From a virus (taxonomy: Duplodnaviria > Caudoviricetes), in IMG/VR virus record IMGVR_UViG_2816332336_000005, positions 41,176 to 105,175 of that record: a stretch of DNA of 64,000 nt; one strand, 5' to 3'. Of this stretch, positions 46,959-55,931 are shown piece by piece. The notes below the pieces were generated by a model. The model searched no databases. It was given only the letters and a program-made list of their open reading frames with translations, and had not been told where the DNA came from. How positions within the stretch are numbered: position 1 is the stretch's first letter; each line of letters begins with the position of its first letter. The position numbers and the translations under genes are program-made.

Positions 46959-47714
46959 TTAAAATGGCAAGTCCTCGTCGGAAACGGTAATCGGCACGTC
47001 ATCTAGCACTGATTGATCCACGTTCTTTGTCGCGTTTTTGAGAATTTCGCGGATGTCGTCCTCAGTGCGGAAGTTCGCGAGTTCTTCGTACTTGATTTCG
47101 GTCGATCCGATAAAGGCACGGGCGGCATCGAGTACCCCTTCGTCAAGGTCAGCCGATTCCAGCGAGTACGATTTATCCGCCTTGCTGATCGTGACCGCAT
47201 CGCCAGTTAACGTGTAGTCCGGCTTAAACTTTTTCGCGGCCTTTTCTAGCTTGTCAAAATCGATCATGAGATTGTTCGCGTGGAACTCTTTAAGATCGAG
47301 AACGCGCCACGTCTTGTATTCGGGGTCGTACACCGGCACCATGAAGTATAGTTTACGTTTGGCTTTCGCCTTGCACGATAAGCAGTTGCCTCCGTTCGGC
47401 TTCGCGTACTGATCGAATAGTGTAACGCCTTCGTCTTCGTTAGTAGGCGCCTTTTTCGGACTGTGCGAGCACGTATGCTTACGGTAGTAAGTTTCGCGTG
47501 ACGGGTACTTCTCGCCATCCTCGTGCGTGTAGTAGAAGTACCATTCGGTATACGGTGCGAGGAGGACAAACGTCTTGCCGCCGGTCAGTTCTTGACTGAG
47601 CTTGACGTAGCGTGTGACACCTTCCGGCAAGCCTGCGTTAATGCCTCCGCCGGCTCCTTGTGCCGCCTTGTCGCGCGCCTCTTCACGTTCTTTTAGCTTT
47701 TCGCGGATTCCCAT
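46959..47714 (-). CDS. Single-stranded DNA-binding protein (Zn-containing, gp32-like)
   Basis: H..KHTC...CLSC ligands; acidic C-terminal tail DEDLPF. Confidence 0.7.
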   Translation of the reverse strand: MGIREKLKEREEARDKAAQGAGGGINAGLPEGVTRYVKLSQELTGGKTFVLLAPYTEWYFYYTHEDGEKYPSRETYYRKHTCSHSPKKAPTNEDEGVTLFDQYAKPNGGNCLSCKAKAKRKLYFMVPVYDPEYKTWRVLDLKEFHANNLMIDFDKLEKAAKKFKPDYTLTGDAVTISKADKSYSLESADLDEGVLDAARAFIGSTEIKYEELANFRTEDDIREILKNATKNVDQSVLDDVPITVSDEDLPF

Positions 47715-47733
47715 GCACATCGCTCCTTTTACG

Positions 47734-48150
47734 TTATGATCGGTGGATTGCTTCGAATTGGTCTCGTAGTTCCTCGCCACTTGAAACATCGGAGGCGTAG
47801 TAACGTAGCGCGTTGATCAACTTACCCATCGTGTGTTCCGTTAGCTGAATCGTGTATGTCTTCTCAACGGCTGGTGTCGTGGAGATTAGCGTGATTGGTG
47901 TGTTGTGTGCGAGGTCTGTCAAAGGCTCTAGCACGACGTAATTCTGAAGAGAAGTATATCGACGGTCACCTGCGTCATCGTAAAACGCCGCATCACCGTC
48001 TGAGTCAAAGCCCGCTATCGCGTAAACCCTATCCTTAGTTAAATCAACCGTTGGTTCTGTAATCTGTATGAGCCTATCGCCCATTAACGCCTCACGTTCA
48101 ACCTTCCGATACAACTTACCTTCGTGAATAATCGTCTCTTGCGTTCCCAT
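47734..48150 (-). CDS. Single SH3-like module protein
   Basis: HEGKLYRKVEREALMGD...YVVLEP, the same module as in the genes at 33508 and 45340. Confidence 0.6.
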   Translation of the reverse strand: MGTQETIIHEGKLYRKVEREALMGDRLIQITEPTVDLTKDRVYAIAGFDSDGDAAFYDDAGDRRYTSLQNYVVLEPLTDLAHNTPITLISTTPAVEKTYTIQLTEHTMGKLINALRYYASDVSSGEELRDQFEAIHRS

Positions 48151-48171
48151 CGTCAACACTCCTCGTCATCA

Positions 48172-48320
48172 TTTCGGACACCGGTAGCCCCGCGTCCGCG
48201 AGACGGCATGAACGGTCGTCTACTAGAGTGGCTTGCGCCTGCACCCCACAGGTTTACGACAGGCATACGGGGCGCCTCGCCTTCTTCGTCCACACCGCCT
48301 TGCCGACGCGGGAGGTCGGC
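48172..48320 (-). ncRNA. Candidate structured RNA (GC-rich, multi-stem intergenic region)
   Basis: Several complementary segments seen by eye; no credible ORF. Confidence 0.4.
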
Positions 48321-48328
48321 TTGTTCTC

Positions 48329-48853
48329 TTACGCGCTGTACACCGCAAGTGATTTCGCTACGTTCTTCTTTTCTAGCCGTAATGCCCGCAATTCTGCGTT
48401 CAATTGCGCGATATACAGGTCAATACCGTTTATAAGCACCTGACACGCGTTTATGGTCGCTGTACTTCGAGCCCGTTCACGCTTTAAGACAATGCGCGAC
48501 CTCTCAACCATCATTTCCGCAATTGTAATGCGGGTCTTTCTACTCAACGATGACTCCTTTCGTTCGAGCTTCCGCAACTCTTTGGTAAGATAAATACATA
48601 CTTTATCGCGTACATCCGGCGTCGGTTTAGTGTATTGCATGACCGTGACTACGAGGTCAGATGACTCGTGAAGGATGATTCCGATTTGACCACGGGCGTA
48701 CAACCGGCCCGGCTTGCCGTACTTATCTATCGTTGTGCTTATGAACATTGCTCGCGACAGTTGTTTCCGAATCCATTCGGCTGCTTTCGTTTGACTTACG
48801 TTGAATCGTTCGACTGCGCGTTTGATCGCGTGAGATGAAACGGTGAGATTCAT
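48329..48853 (-). CDS. Hypothetical protein (N-terminal SHAxxRxxER motif, C-terminal coiled coil)
   Basis: ORF translation. Confidence 0.6.
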   Translation of the reverse strand: MNLTVSSHAIKRAVERFNVSQTKAAEWIRKQLSRAMFISTTIDKYGKPGRLYARGQIGIILHESSDLVVTVMQYTKPTPDVRDKVCIYLTKELRKLERKESSLSRKTRITIAEMMVERSRIVLKRERARSTATINACQVLINGIDLYIAQLNAELRALRLEKKNVAKSLAVYSA

Positions 48854-48990
48854 CCGAGCCGCACCGCCTTTCCGAGCAAGGTAGATGAGGTGGATAAGGT
48901 AATCGGAATATAGTCCGCAGGATCATCATAGGGCGGGAAACCTCCGTTGTAGATATATTCGATATTTTCTGATTGCTTACGTTTAGGCAT
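48850..48990 (-). CDS. Small hypothetical protein
   Basis: GGAG RBS; ATGA overlap with the next gene. Confidence 0.45.
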   Translation of the reverse strand: MPKRKQSENIEYIYNGGFPPYDDPADYIPITLSTSSTLLGKAVRLG

Positions 48991-49185
48991 CGGGATCATC
49001 TCCGTTTCAAGAGTAATTATTTCGCTATGTTTAACAGAACGTTCTGTATAATGACAATTAAAGATGGTTAAGATTTTGTAAGGACCACTTGTTATAATTG
49101 AGAACAACTTAGAAGTACTCTATAATGACAATAAGAAAGAGATACGACGTGCATATGCTCGTACGTATTAATTTCTTAGGTTTTG

Positions 49186-49779
49186 TTAGACAATCCGTGG
49201 TAGGGTAGTTTGACAAAAAGACCTAAATCGTGTGATGGAACGTCTATGTGAATCGGGCTTACCTCCAAAGAGTTGCGCCAACAACTCCGAAAGAGCCGAA
49301 TCATTATAGAAACCATCAGACCAAGCGAGTAGGATCGCTTTCTTTCTCGAATCGCCCTTCGCCAAAAGGGCGATTTTTTCATTTATTGATTCTTTAATAA
49401 TCATTTCTTGCTCTGTCTCTCTAAAGACATCTGCTAACGTGTCAATTATCGTATTACCTTCGTCGTCAATTTCTCTTTCTAGTGGGATGTTATCAGTTCT
49501 ATTGTATTTCCTTCTCTTTATAAATTTTCTAAAACATCTTTCTAAATTAAATCTTGCTAATCTGCTAAAGGACCCTTTTTCTACATCGAAGTCTTTTATT
49601 GTCTGATCTAAGGCGTCTATCAACTCCTTTGTTAAGGAAGCTTCATTCTGTACCTTGTACCAGTTCCTATTAACGTAGTCGTTTATTATAGGAATGAAAT
49701 CCTTATAAACTAACTCTTTGGATTTTTCGCAGCCTTTTTGGGCGGCTATTGCGATTATTTCTATTTGGTTGTGGTTCAA
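49186..49779 (-). CDS. Phage-encoded sigma-70-like factor
   Basis: Region-2-like AAQKG...FDVEKGSF...; PLEREIDDEGNTIIDTLAD segment; C-terminal HTH-like region. Confidence 0.7.
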   Translation of the reverse strand: MNHNQIEIIAIAAQKGCEKSKELVYKDFIPIINDYVNRNWYKVQNEASLTKELIDALDQTIKDFDVEKGSFSRLARFNLERCFRKFIKRRKYNRTDNIPLEREIDDEGNTIIDTLADVFRETEQEMIIKESINEKIALLAKGDSRKKAILLAWSDGFYNDSALSELLAQLFGGKPDSHRRSITRFRSFCQTTLPRIV

Positions 49780-49810
49780 ATTCTACGCCTCCGTTTTAAG
49801 TAATTTTCCC

Positions 49811-49853
49811 TTATACTACTAATAGGGGAATGCTTGGTTTAAAATTGGGACAT
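49811..49853 (-). promoter_or_regulatory. Phage-specific bipartite motif, copy A (TGTCCCAATTT...CCCTATTA)
   Basis: Near-identical copies at 61981-62024 and 62138-62181. Confidence 0.65.
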
Positions 49854-49895
49854 CTTTCTAAGAAAAATTTAAAAAGTCGTAATCAGAGGTGCCAT

Positions 49896-50153
49896 ATGAC
49901 CTATAAAGTCGGAAGGTGCCGCTTGTTTGAACGGTTGAAAGTCGCTGATATGACGCAGGCTGATCTCGCGGAAAAAATTCAGATGAAACGCCAGCAGTTA
50001 TCTGACTACGCGAATAACCGAAATGTCATGTCGTTGTCTAACGCGAAATCTATTGCGCACGCCCTGGGCTGTCATATCGACGATCTGTACGAGTGGGTCG
50101 AGATACCTCCCTCGGAGCGAAACCGTAACAACAATCGGAGCCGAGAAGAGTAG
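49896..50153 (+). CDS. XRE-family repressor (candidate lysogeny repressor)
   Basis: MTQADLAEKIQMKRQQLSDYANN...IAHALGCHIDDLYEW; divergent from sigma, convergent with the receptor/peptide pair. Confidence 0.85.
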   Translation: MTYKVGRCRLFERLKVADMTQADLAEKIQMKRQQLSDYANNRNVMSLSNAKSIAHALGCHIDDLYEWVEIPPSERNRNNNRSREE

Positions 50154-50180
50154 CGGAAGTCTCCGCTCTCTCACCGACTT

Positions 50181-50202
50181 TTGTACCGAAGTTTCGGTAC
50201 AA
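50181..50202. promoter_or_regulatory. Perfect inverted repeat TTGTACCGAA-GT-TTCGGTACAA (operator or RNA hairpin)
   Basis: Read directly. Confidence 0.55.
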
Positions 50203-50348
50203 TCTTTTTTAGTGGTTGCCCAACTAGCTGGCTCCTATTGCTTTCTTGTTTTTATTGTATACCCAGTAAAGGCTAATTCTGCTACTAGGTTTATAATTTT
50301 GATTTTTCCCGCTTTTTGTCGAATTTAGGCGAAACAAAGGAAAAAACA

Positions 50349-50378
50349 CAAAAAAAAGACACCCTCTACAGGTGTCTT
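50349..50378 (-). terminator. Terminator after the propeptide gene
   Basis: AAGACACC-TGTAGAG-GGTGTCTT stem then a T run. Confidence 0.8.
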
Positions 50379-50394
50379 AAATAGGTTAGTAGTA

Positions 50395-50538
50395 CTACCA
50401 ACCTCCTCCAACTATTCTGGAAGTTACATATGCCACGCTCTCTTCTGATCCATTATCATAAGTAAACTGTTCTGCCTGTGTTGGCTGAGTAAATAAAACG
50501 GAGACAATTGCTACTAAAGTAACCATAAATGCTTTCAT
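50395..50538 (-). CDS. Secreted signalling propeptide, AimP-like (47 aa: MKAFMVTLVAIVSVLFTQPTQAEQFTYDNGSEESVAYVTSRIVGGGW)
   Basis: Not in ORF track; starts 1 nt after the receptor stop; signal peptide ending TQA, acidic linker, Gly-rich C-terminus ending GGGW. Confidence 0.85.
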   Translation of the reverse strand: MKAFMVTLVAIVSVLFTQPTQAEQFTYDNGSEESVAYVTSRIVGGGW

Positions 50539-50539
50539 T

Positions 50540-51865
50540 CTAATTCGCCCCTTTTAAAATATTCAAATATCTATGTTCAACGTCCTCTCCTAAAATAGCC
50601 TTATGTTCGAAGAGGATCGCGGACATTTTTTGATATACGGAAATATCTCTGAACTCTAGTGCTGTTTTAATGACCTCGAGAACATCGTTGAATGCTTCTT
50701 TATACTGCTCCATAGCTAGATAATACTGTAATCTAACAACTTGAAAATTATAAAACTGACTCTTATTGTACTTATCCTTCTTTAATGCGACTGACTCAAA
50801 GATCGCGTTATATTTCTCTAAAAAAACACCAATTCTCTCTAGCTGTCCGTTTGAAAGTAATATCTTCAGCGCGTATGGAGCTACCGTAATAATTTCATGT
50901 TCGCGATTCTTATCTACAACCAGTCGGATAAACTCACTTACCGCTTCTAGCTTACCTTCCATTACTTCGATTAACTTTTCATTCGACAACGCCGCCCAAC
51001 GGTAGTAATCACCTAGGTTGTGGCATTCCCGGAGAAGTTCTGCCGCCTTTCTGAGTTCACCCATTCCTATTAAACTTGCTGCTTGGTAAAGAAGCGACTC
51101 CCCTAGATGTTTGATATCTTTGGCGTCCTTTGCCTCTTTATAGTACGCATCTGCTACAACAGAAAGTTCCTCCCACTCTTTGGTAACATTATACCAAGTA
51201 ACGACACGGTAGTATCCATCTAACTGTAGATTTACTGTTTCTGCAACACCATTTTTTTGAATGGGATATTCTGTCGGCAGGTCGTTCAATACTGCTCGTA
51301 ATTTATGTAATGCTTCTACACCCTTCTTACGCATATCTCGATCGCGTTCAATCAAGAAAATTCGATGGCAGCAAATCGCATACCTTTCTGATATTTTCTT
51401 TTCGATGTTTGTAATTGCGTAATATACAGACGCGGCCTCTGCTAGAAAGCCATAACCGAAAAGTGTCTCTGCAAAAGCTAAGGCGGTGGACATATCCTTT
51501 ATATCTATTGTTTCCAAGAATAACTCGACTACTTTACTGCAATGACTGACACCTTGCTTACAGTGAGAGCATGCCTTAATAAAATCTGTTACTTTGGGAA
51601 GAGAAACTTTGGACGAGTCCTTGAAAAGCTCTCCATAAATCATTCCATAAAAAAAATCGGCGTCTAGTCTGAACACGTGTGTCAATAAATCTACCTGGTC
51701 CATCGTAATCGCTTGCTTGTTCTTCATAATATAAGAAAGCGATTGGGGAGAGATATACAACAATTTAGCTAGGTCTCTTTGACTAAGATTATGTGAATGC
51801 ATTTGGATTAGTATTTCTTCCCTTAATTTAAGACGATAATAAGTCAAGTCACTGGTGTCGATCAT
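50540..51865 (-). CDS. RRNPP-family peptide receptor (AimR/AloR-like; XRE HTH plus TPR-like helical domain)
   Basis: N-terminal HTH (LSQRDLAKLLYISPQSLSYIMK), ~350-aa all-helical remainder, immediately followed by a propeptide gene. Confidence 0.85.
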   Translation of the reverse strand: MIDTSDLTYYRLKLREEILIQMHSHNLSQRDLAKLLYISPQSLSYIMKNKQAITMDQVDLLTHVFRLDADFFYGMIYGELFKDSSKVSLPKVTDFIKACSHCKQGVSHCSKVVELFLETIDIKDMSTALAFAETLFGYGFLAEAASVYYAITNIEKKISERYAICCHRIFLIERDRDMRKKGVEALHKLRAVLNDLPTEYPIQKNGVAETVNLQLDGYYRVVTWYNVTKEWEELSVVADAYYKEAKDAKDIKHLGESLLYQAASLIGMGELRKAAELLRECHNLGDYYRWAALSNEKLIEVMEGKLEAVSEFIRLVVDKNREHEIITVAPYALKILLSNGQLERIGVFLEKYNAIFESVALKKDKYNKSQFYNFQVVRLQYYLAMEQYKEAFNDVLEVIKTALEFRDISVYQKMSAILFEHKAILGEDVEHRYLNILKGAN

Positions 51866-51907
51866 TGGTTATCACCTGCCATCAATTATTCGAAATAGTA
51901 TAATCAA

Positions 51908-51967
51908 AGTATAATTCACATTATGTGTATTGTCAACACATTATGTGAATGAAGAATACATTATGTG
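51908..51967 (-). promoter_or_regulatory. Sigma-A promoter of the receptor gene overlapped by three palindromic operators
   Basis: TTGACA-N17-TATACT (51936 to 51908); CACATTATGTG at 51917 and 51937, TACATTATGTG at 51957. Confidence 0.8.
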
Positions 51968-52029
51968 ATGTATTATATTTAAATATGTGTTATGATGAAT
52001 ATAAATTTAGTAAAGGAGAGATATTCCAG

Positions 52030-52248
52030 ATGAAGAAGGAAATTGAACTACAAGGAAATACATTTAAAGAGTGCTTAGATATTATGAAAGCAGAGAAGAA
52101 AATAAAAACTTATAAGGAACTAGCCGAGCTGTCAGGCGTGAAGGAAACCACTCTCAGCATGCGCCTTACGCGAGGAAATATGAACCTGAGTGACGTTGTT
52201 ACCCTACTCGAAGCTCTTGACTATGAAATCATATTTCGTAAAAAATAA
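52030..52248 (+). CDS. Small XRE HTH protein divergent from the receptor
   Basis: TYKELAELSGVKETTLSMRLTRG HTH; AAAGGAG RBS. Confidence 0.8.
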   Translation: MKKEIELQGNTFKECLDIMKAEKKIKTYKELAELSGVKETTLSMRLTRGNMNLSDVVTLLEALDYEIIFRKK

Positions 52249-53222
52249 TTATTACCTTTACAAAAATTTATCTTAATAAAACTTTTTTTATCTGTAAACA
52301 CATTTTTTAACACATGATTTAATTCCGCCTTATTTTTTATTTCGTTTGGGTCCTTATAACGAATCGGATACCCCACGACGTTAACCGTCATATATCCCGA
52401 CAGCCCTCCGACGACCGCCCGTTTCATCTTCTGGCCCGCCTCGTCATGATCCGCCATCACCCCGATAATCTCTATCGGGCTCTTCCGCAAAGCCTCCGCC
52501 TTCTCTTCGCTGAACACCGATCCACCTAACGCTACCGCCGGCACTCCCGCACTCCACAGATACATCGCGTCAATCTCGGATTCCACAAGCACTACCCCTG
52601 TGATTCTCTGCTTATAAACGATATCCAGCCCGTACACCATTTCACGTATAGGCCGCCCTCCCTTTGCGTACCAGAACGTCTTTTCGTCAACTTTTCGATA
52701 TTTAACGTTTCCGAGCGTGCCGTCCGCGTTAAACCAAGGAATAGTAACCGCGTTAATCCTCGGATCATAGCCCGTTCGGAACAGATGTTGTATCTCACCG
52801 GCTATACCTCGCGAAGCTAAATACGGATGATCCCTACCTAGGTACGGTTCGTCTAACGTCTTAACTCGCGGCTGATCTATACGTAATCGCCCCGACAAGT
52901 CCAACGTAAGAGCCTCGGGGTCAACCATTCCCTCCCCGTACTTCCACCGTAAGTAATCCTGCGTCTCCTCTTCCGTTTCCTCCCGCAAAAACGCCAGCAA
53001 CTTCACGATCCCACCACGTTGATAATCCGGGTCCTTCGCGCCTAAATCCGACCAGTAGCCGGCTTTTGCTATGTTACGTGGGTCGTTACTGTCACGTAAC
53101 CAAACGTAGAAGGACGGCGACCGATCCCAACGGAAGGGACTGGCCGCAAGCAGCTTATCATCCGTCCACGTTGCGGCTGTCCACGAAAACTGTTCGAGTT
53201 CGGCCCGAATATCTATCTGCAT
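52221..53222 (-). CDS. DNA primase (TOPRIM)
   Basis: SPFRWDRSPSF, YLASRGI, LVESEIDAM, DHDEAG and KDPNE motifs. Confidence 0.9.
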   Translation of the reverse strand: MQIDIRAELEQFSWTAATWTDDKLLAASPFRWDRSPSFYVWLRDSNDPRNIAKAGYWSDLGAKDPDYQRGGIVKLLAFLREETEEETQDYLRWKYGEGMVDPEALTLDLSGRLRIDQPRVKTLDEPYLGRDHPYLASRGIAGEIQHLFRTGYDPRINAVTIPWFNADGTLGNVKYRKVDEKTFWYAKGGRPIREMVYGLDIVYKQRITGVVLVESEIDAMYLWSAGVPAVALGGSVFSEEKAEALRKSPIEIIGVMADHDEAGQKMKRAVVGGLSGYMTVNVVGYPIRYKDPNEIKNKAELNHVLKNVFTDKKSFIKINFCKGNNYFLRNMIS

Positions 53223-53235
53223 CTATACGTCCTCC

Positions 53236-54582
53236 TTAAAAAGGCAGCTTAAACTGATCTGCGGCCGCCTCTCCGCTTGGTAGTTCGCGCACAAGCCCGT
53301 AGTTCGGCATGTAAACGACTTCTAACGTGACACCTTCGCCTCCATTGCGCCCTTTGTTTAGCTGTATAACCCCGATCCCATCCAGCGTATCTATTCCGAT
53401 AGTTAGTGCCGAGTCTTCGAGAAACGACTTACTCTTTTTCAGCTCGGCGCGTGTGGGCGGTCTAAGTTCGCGATTACCCTCGTCGTCCTTGTCATCCCGG
53501 ACCTCTTCCGCCTGTGTAATGCCGTGGATAACGCACTGATATCGACCTGCCAACGCCCTGATTTTGTTCGAAGTCTCGGTTGCGTCTCCTCCGGTTGTCT
53601 TAGACCGGTTCGCCTCGTAGGTCATGTAATAGTACGGGTCAATCACAACCACGTCCGCCTTTGTTGCCACGATGTCAGCTTCTAGGTCGCGAACTCTACG
53701 GGATGAGAAGTCGATATCGTCTACCGCACGAACAACGATGGTGCCTGGTATAATTTCGTTGATCTCCGTTAAAAATTGTTCGAACCCCTGTTCAAACTCT
53801 TCCGTTAATTTCCCATTAAGCAGCGCTCTATTTTCGAAACCTACCTCGTAATCCACACCGTCAATGTTTGCGTTAACAGCTCCTTGGCGCGCTGAGATAG
53901 ATGAATAGGCACGGGCCATCCATTCGAATCGCGACATTTCCATCGCCCACACAAGTACGTTTGCTCCCTGGGCCGCAGCCTCTATCGCTTCTTCCATCGT
54001 AAAGATTGATTTACCTCGACCACTGCGCCCGTACCACGTGTAGACATTGCCGGAAAGGTACCCGCCTATCTCTTTATTAATCGTAGGAAATTTCGACTTC
54101 CATATCTTAAACGACGTTCCTTCCTTACGTTTTCGATATTCGTCTAAGAACGTTACCGTATCACGTTTGATATCCGTTCCTACCTTTGATCGTGTAGCCG
54201 TTTCCGCCCTGATCCGTTCCGTTTGCTCGATGAGCCACGCGGCAAACTCTTCCGTCGATAGTTCCGTAAACTTATCGCCTACGTCCCGTCCGGTTAAGAA
54301 CGAATGTAGCCGTAACTTGCCCGCATTGTTCCTTATCTTACGCGCCATGTATTCGAAGGAATCGCCCACTTCCGGCATGTACGTGAAGCCCGCACACTCA
54401 GCAACGACAGTTCTATAATCCGGGGCCTGCCCTCCGTTGCTATCCGCGTAGGCCTTTATAAATCGGTAGGCCTTCCGTTCGGCTTCCGTAGGGAAATGCT
54501 CGGCCCGAATATCGTATCGAAGAAATGCGCCCGTATCGTTTGTGTCAATCACTTTCGATAGAAACGATTCACCGTATGCCAA
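53236..54582 (-). CDS. DnaB-like replicative helicase
   Basis: GRSGRGKS Walker A, AMEMS, VVIDP and KGRNG motifs. Confidence 0.92.
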   Translation of the reverse strand: MAYGESFLSKVIDTNDTGAFLRYDIRAEHFPTEAERKAYRFIKAYADSNGGQAPDYRTVVAECAGFTYMPEVGDSFEYMARKIRNNAGKLRLHSFLTGRDVGDKFTELSTEEFAAWLIEQTERIRAETATRSKVGTDIKRDTVTFLDEYRKRKEGTSFKIWKSKFPTINKEIGGYLSGNVYTWYGRSGRGKSIFTMEEAIEAAAQGANVLVWAMEMSRFEWMARAYSSISARQGAVNANIDGVDYEVGFENRALLNGKLTEEFEQGFEQFLTEINEIIPGTIVVRAVDDIDFSSRRVRDLEADIVATKADVVVIDPYYYMTYEANRSKTTGGDATETSNKIRALAGRYQCVIHGITQAEEVRDDKDDEGNRELRPPTRAELKKSKSFLEDSALTIGIDTLDGIGVIQLNKGRNGGEGVTLEVVYMPNYGLVRELPSGEAAADQFKLPF

Positions 54583-54688
54583 ATCCGCTCACCTCCGTTT
54601 ATGAAAACGTTTTATAATCAAATGGTATCACGACCGCTTCTAACAACTGTACGCATAAATATTTACAATTAATTCCGTTTATTGGATT

Positions 54689-54874
54689 TTATAAACTTAA
54701 ATTTTGATGCCATTCCTCTAGTTTGTTCCTTAACCGATCCGCCTTCTTGTCCGACAGCTCCCCGAACTCATTCCGGAACTCTATTAACAGCGCGTAATCC
54801 AGAAAAGCCCCTGCGCAGTAATCTCGTTCCTCATCGGTCATACGCGACCTCATACGGAATAATCTCGCAATCAT
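54689..54874 (-). CDS. Hypothetical protein
   Basis: Coupled to the loader gene. Confidence 0.5.
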   Translation of the reverse strand: MIARLFRMRSRMTDEERDYCAGAFLDYALLIEFRNEFGELSDKKADRLRNKLEEWHQNLSL

Positions 54875-55647
54875 TTTCGCATCCCCCTCTTAGACTCGCC
54901 ATTAAACCCTAGCTGCAAGCATTGTTCTCGTACGCGATCCGCTAACCTCTTGTCAAAAACATCCGCCAACTCTTCCATCGGTATATTCGAGGTGTAAACG
55001 GTGGGCATCCTATTCGTCACCCGATGATTAATAATCGTATGCAGGTCGCCTCGAAAAGCCTCGGTCGCGTCCCGTACTCCGATATCGTCCAACACAACGA
55101 AGGGTACATTCATCACGTGCTTCATCCATTCGTAGTATTTACCGGATGCGGGCTCGGCAATGTGGTCGGGTACTTTCGGTCTATTAAACTGATTAAATAG
55201 CGTCTGCCACTCGTTCACGTCAAGGAAGAAGACGGGCCGTTGTAACGGCTGGAGACCTCGTTGGATCGAGCCGATGAAATGCGTTATTAGGTACGCGTTC
55301 GCAATTGCGGCGGCTGTCGTTGTCTTGCCTGTGCCGGGTTCATACGAGAATAGGTACAGCGACTTGATACGTTCAGAAGCTTCTGAAACCTCGCTAAATT
55401 GGCGTATAAACGTCGCTATATAACGGTCTATATTCGTATAGATACCGCGCTGTTCGACTCGTGGCGGTGCCGTCTCGACGGTTATATGGGCATAGTCACT
55501 CGGGATGCAGGCGGCGGCTACTCGGCCCCCTTTTCCGCTGGCTCCGTGCATCGCGATGAAGGACGGGCACAGGCGAGTGCAGGCGGTCGGGTCGGCAGCG
55601 TGACGGCAGGGTTCACGTAGAATGCAGTGTGGCGCGTTCGTGCTCAA
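54871..55647 (-). CDS. DnaC/IstB-like helicase loader ATPase
   Basis: PGTGKTT, VLDDIG, TSN and GESKR motifs; N-terminal Cys cluster. Confidence 0.9.
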   Translation of the reverse strand: MSTNAPHCILREPCRHAADPTACTRLCPSFIAMHGASGKGGRVAAACIPSDYAHITVETAPPRVEQRGIYTNIDRYIATFIRQFSEVSEASERIKSLYLFSYEPGTGKTTTAAAIANAYLITHFIGSIQRGLQPLQRPVFFLDVNEWQTLFNQFNRPKVPDHIAEPASGKYYEWMKHVMNVPFVVLDDIGVRDATEAFRGDLHTIINHRVTNRMPTVYTSNIPMEELADVFDKRLADRVREQCLQLGFNGESKRGMRK

Positions 55648-55725
55648 TGACGTTCACCTCCGAATTACATTTACTTACAATAACTTCATACGTGTTATAC
55701 TGAATAAAAACATGAGGTGTCAAAA

Positions 55726-55929
55726 ATGCCAAAACCTATCTTCTGCCCTAACTGTGCAAGTCCAATACCTGATATTTCTTTTAATCTTAAAAAATTTACA
55801 GGCTTCGAATGTAAAGATAGAAAAGGAAAGACAGTCGTAGCCGCGATCAATGGGTGGGGTGTTGAATGTGACAATTGCGGGTGGAATGGAGAAATTTTAC
55901 CCACAGACGAAGACGATAAGATGTACTGA
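55726..55929 (+). CDS. Small zinc-ribbon protein (moron)
   Basis: CPNC...CDNC; GAGGTG RBS; upstream TATACT -10 box. Confidence 0.65.
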   Translation: MPKPIFCPNCASPIPDISFNLKKFTGFECKDRKGKTVVAAINGWGVECDNCGWNGEILPTDEDDKMY

Positions 55930-55931
55930 GG

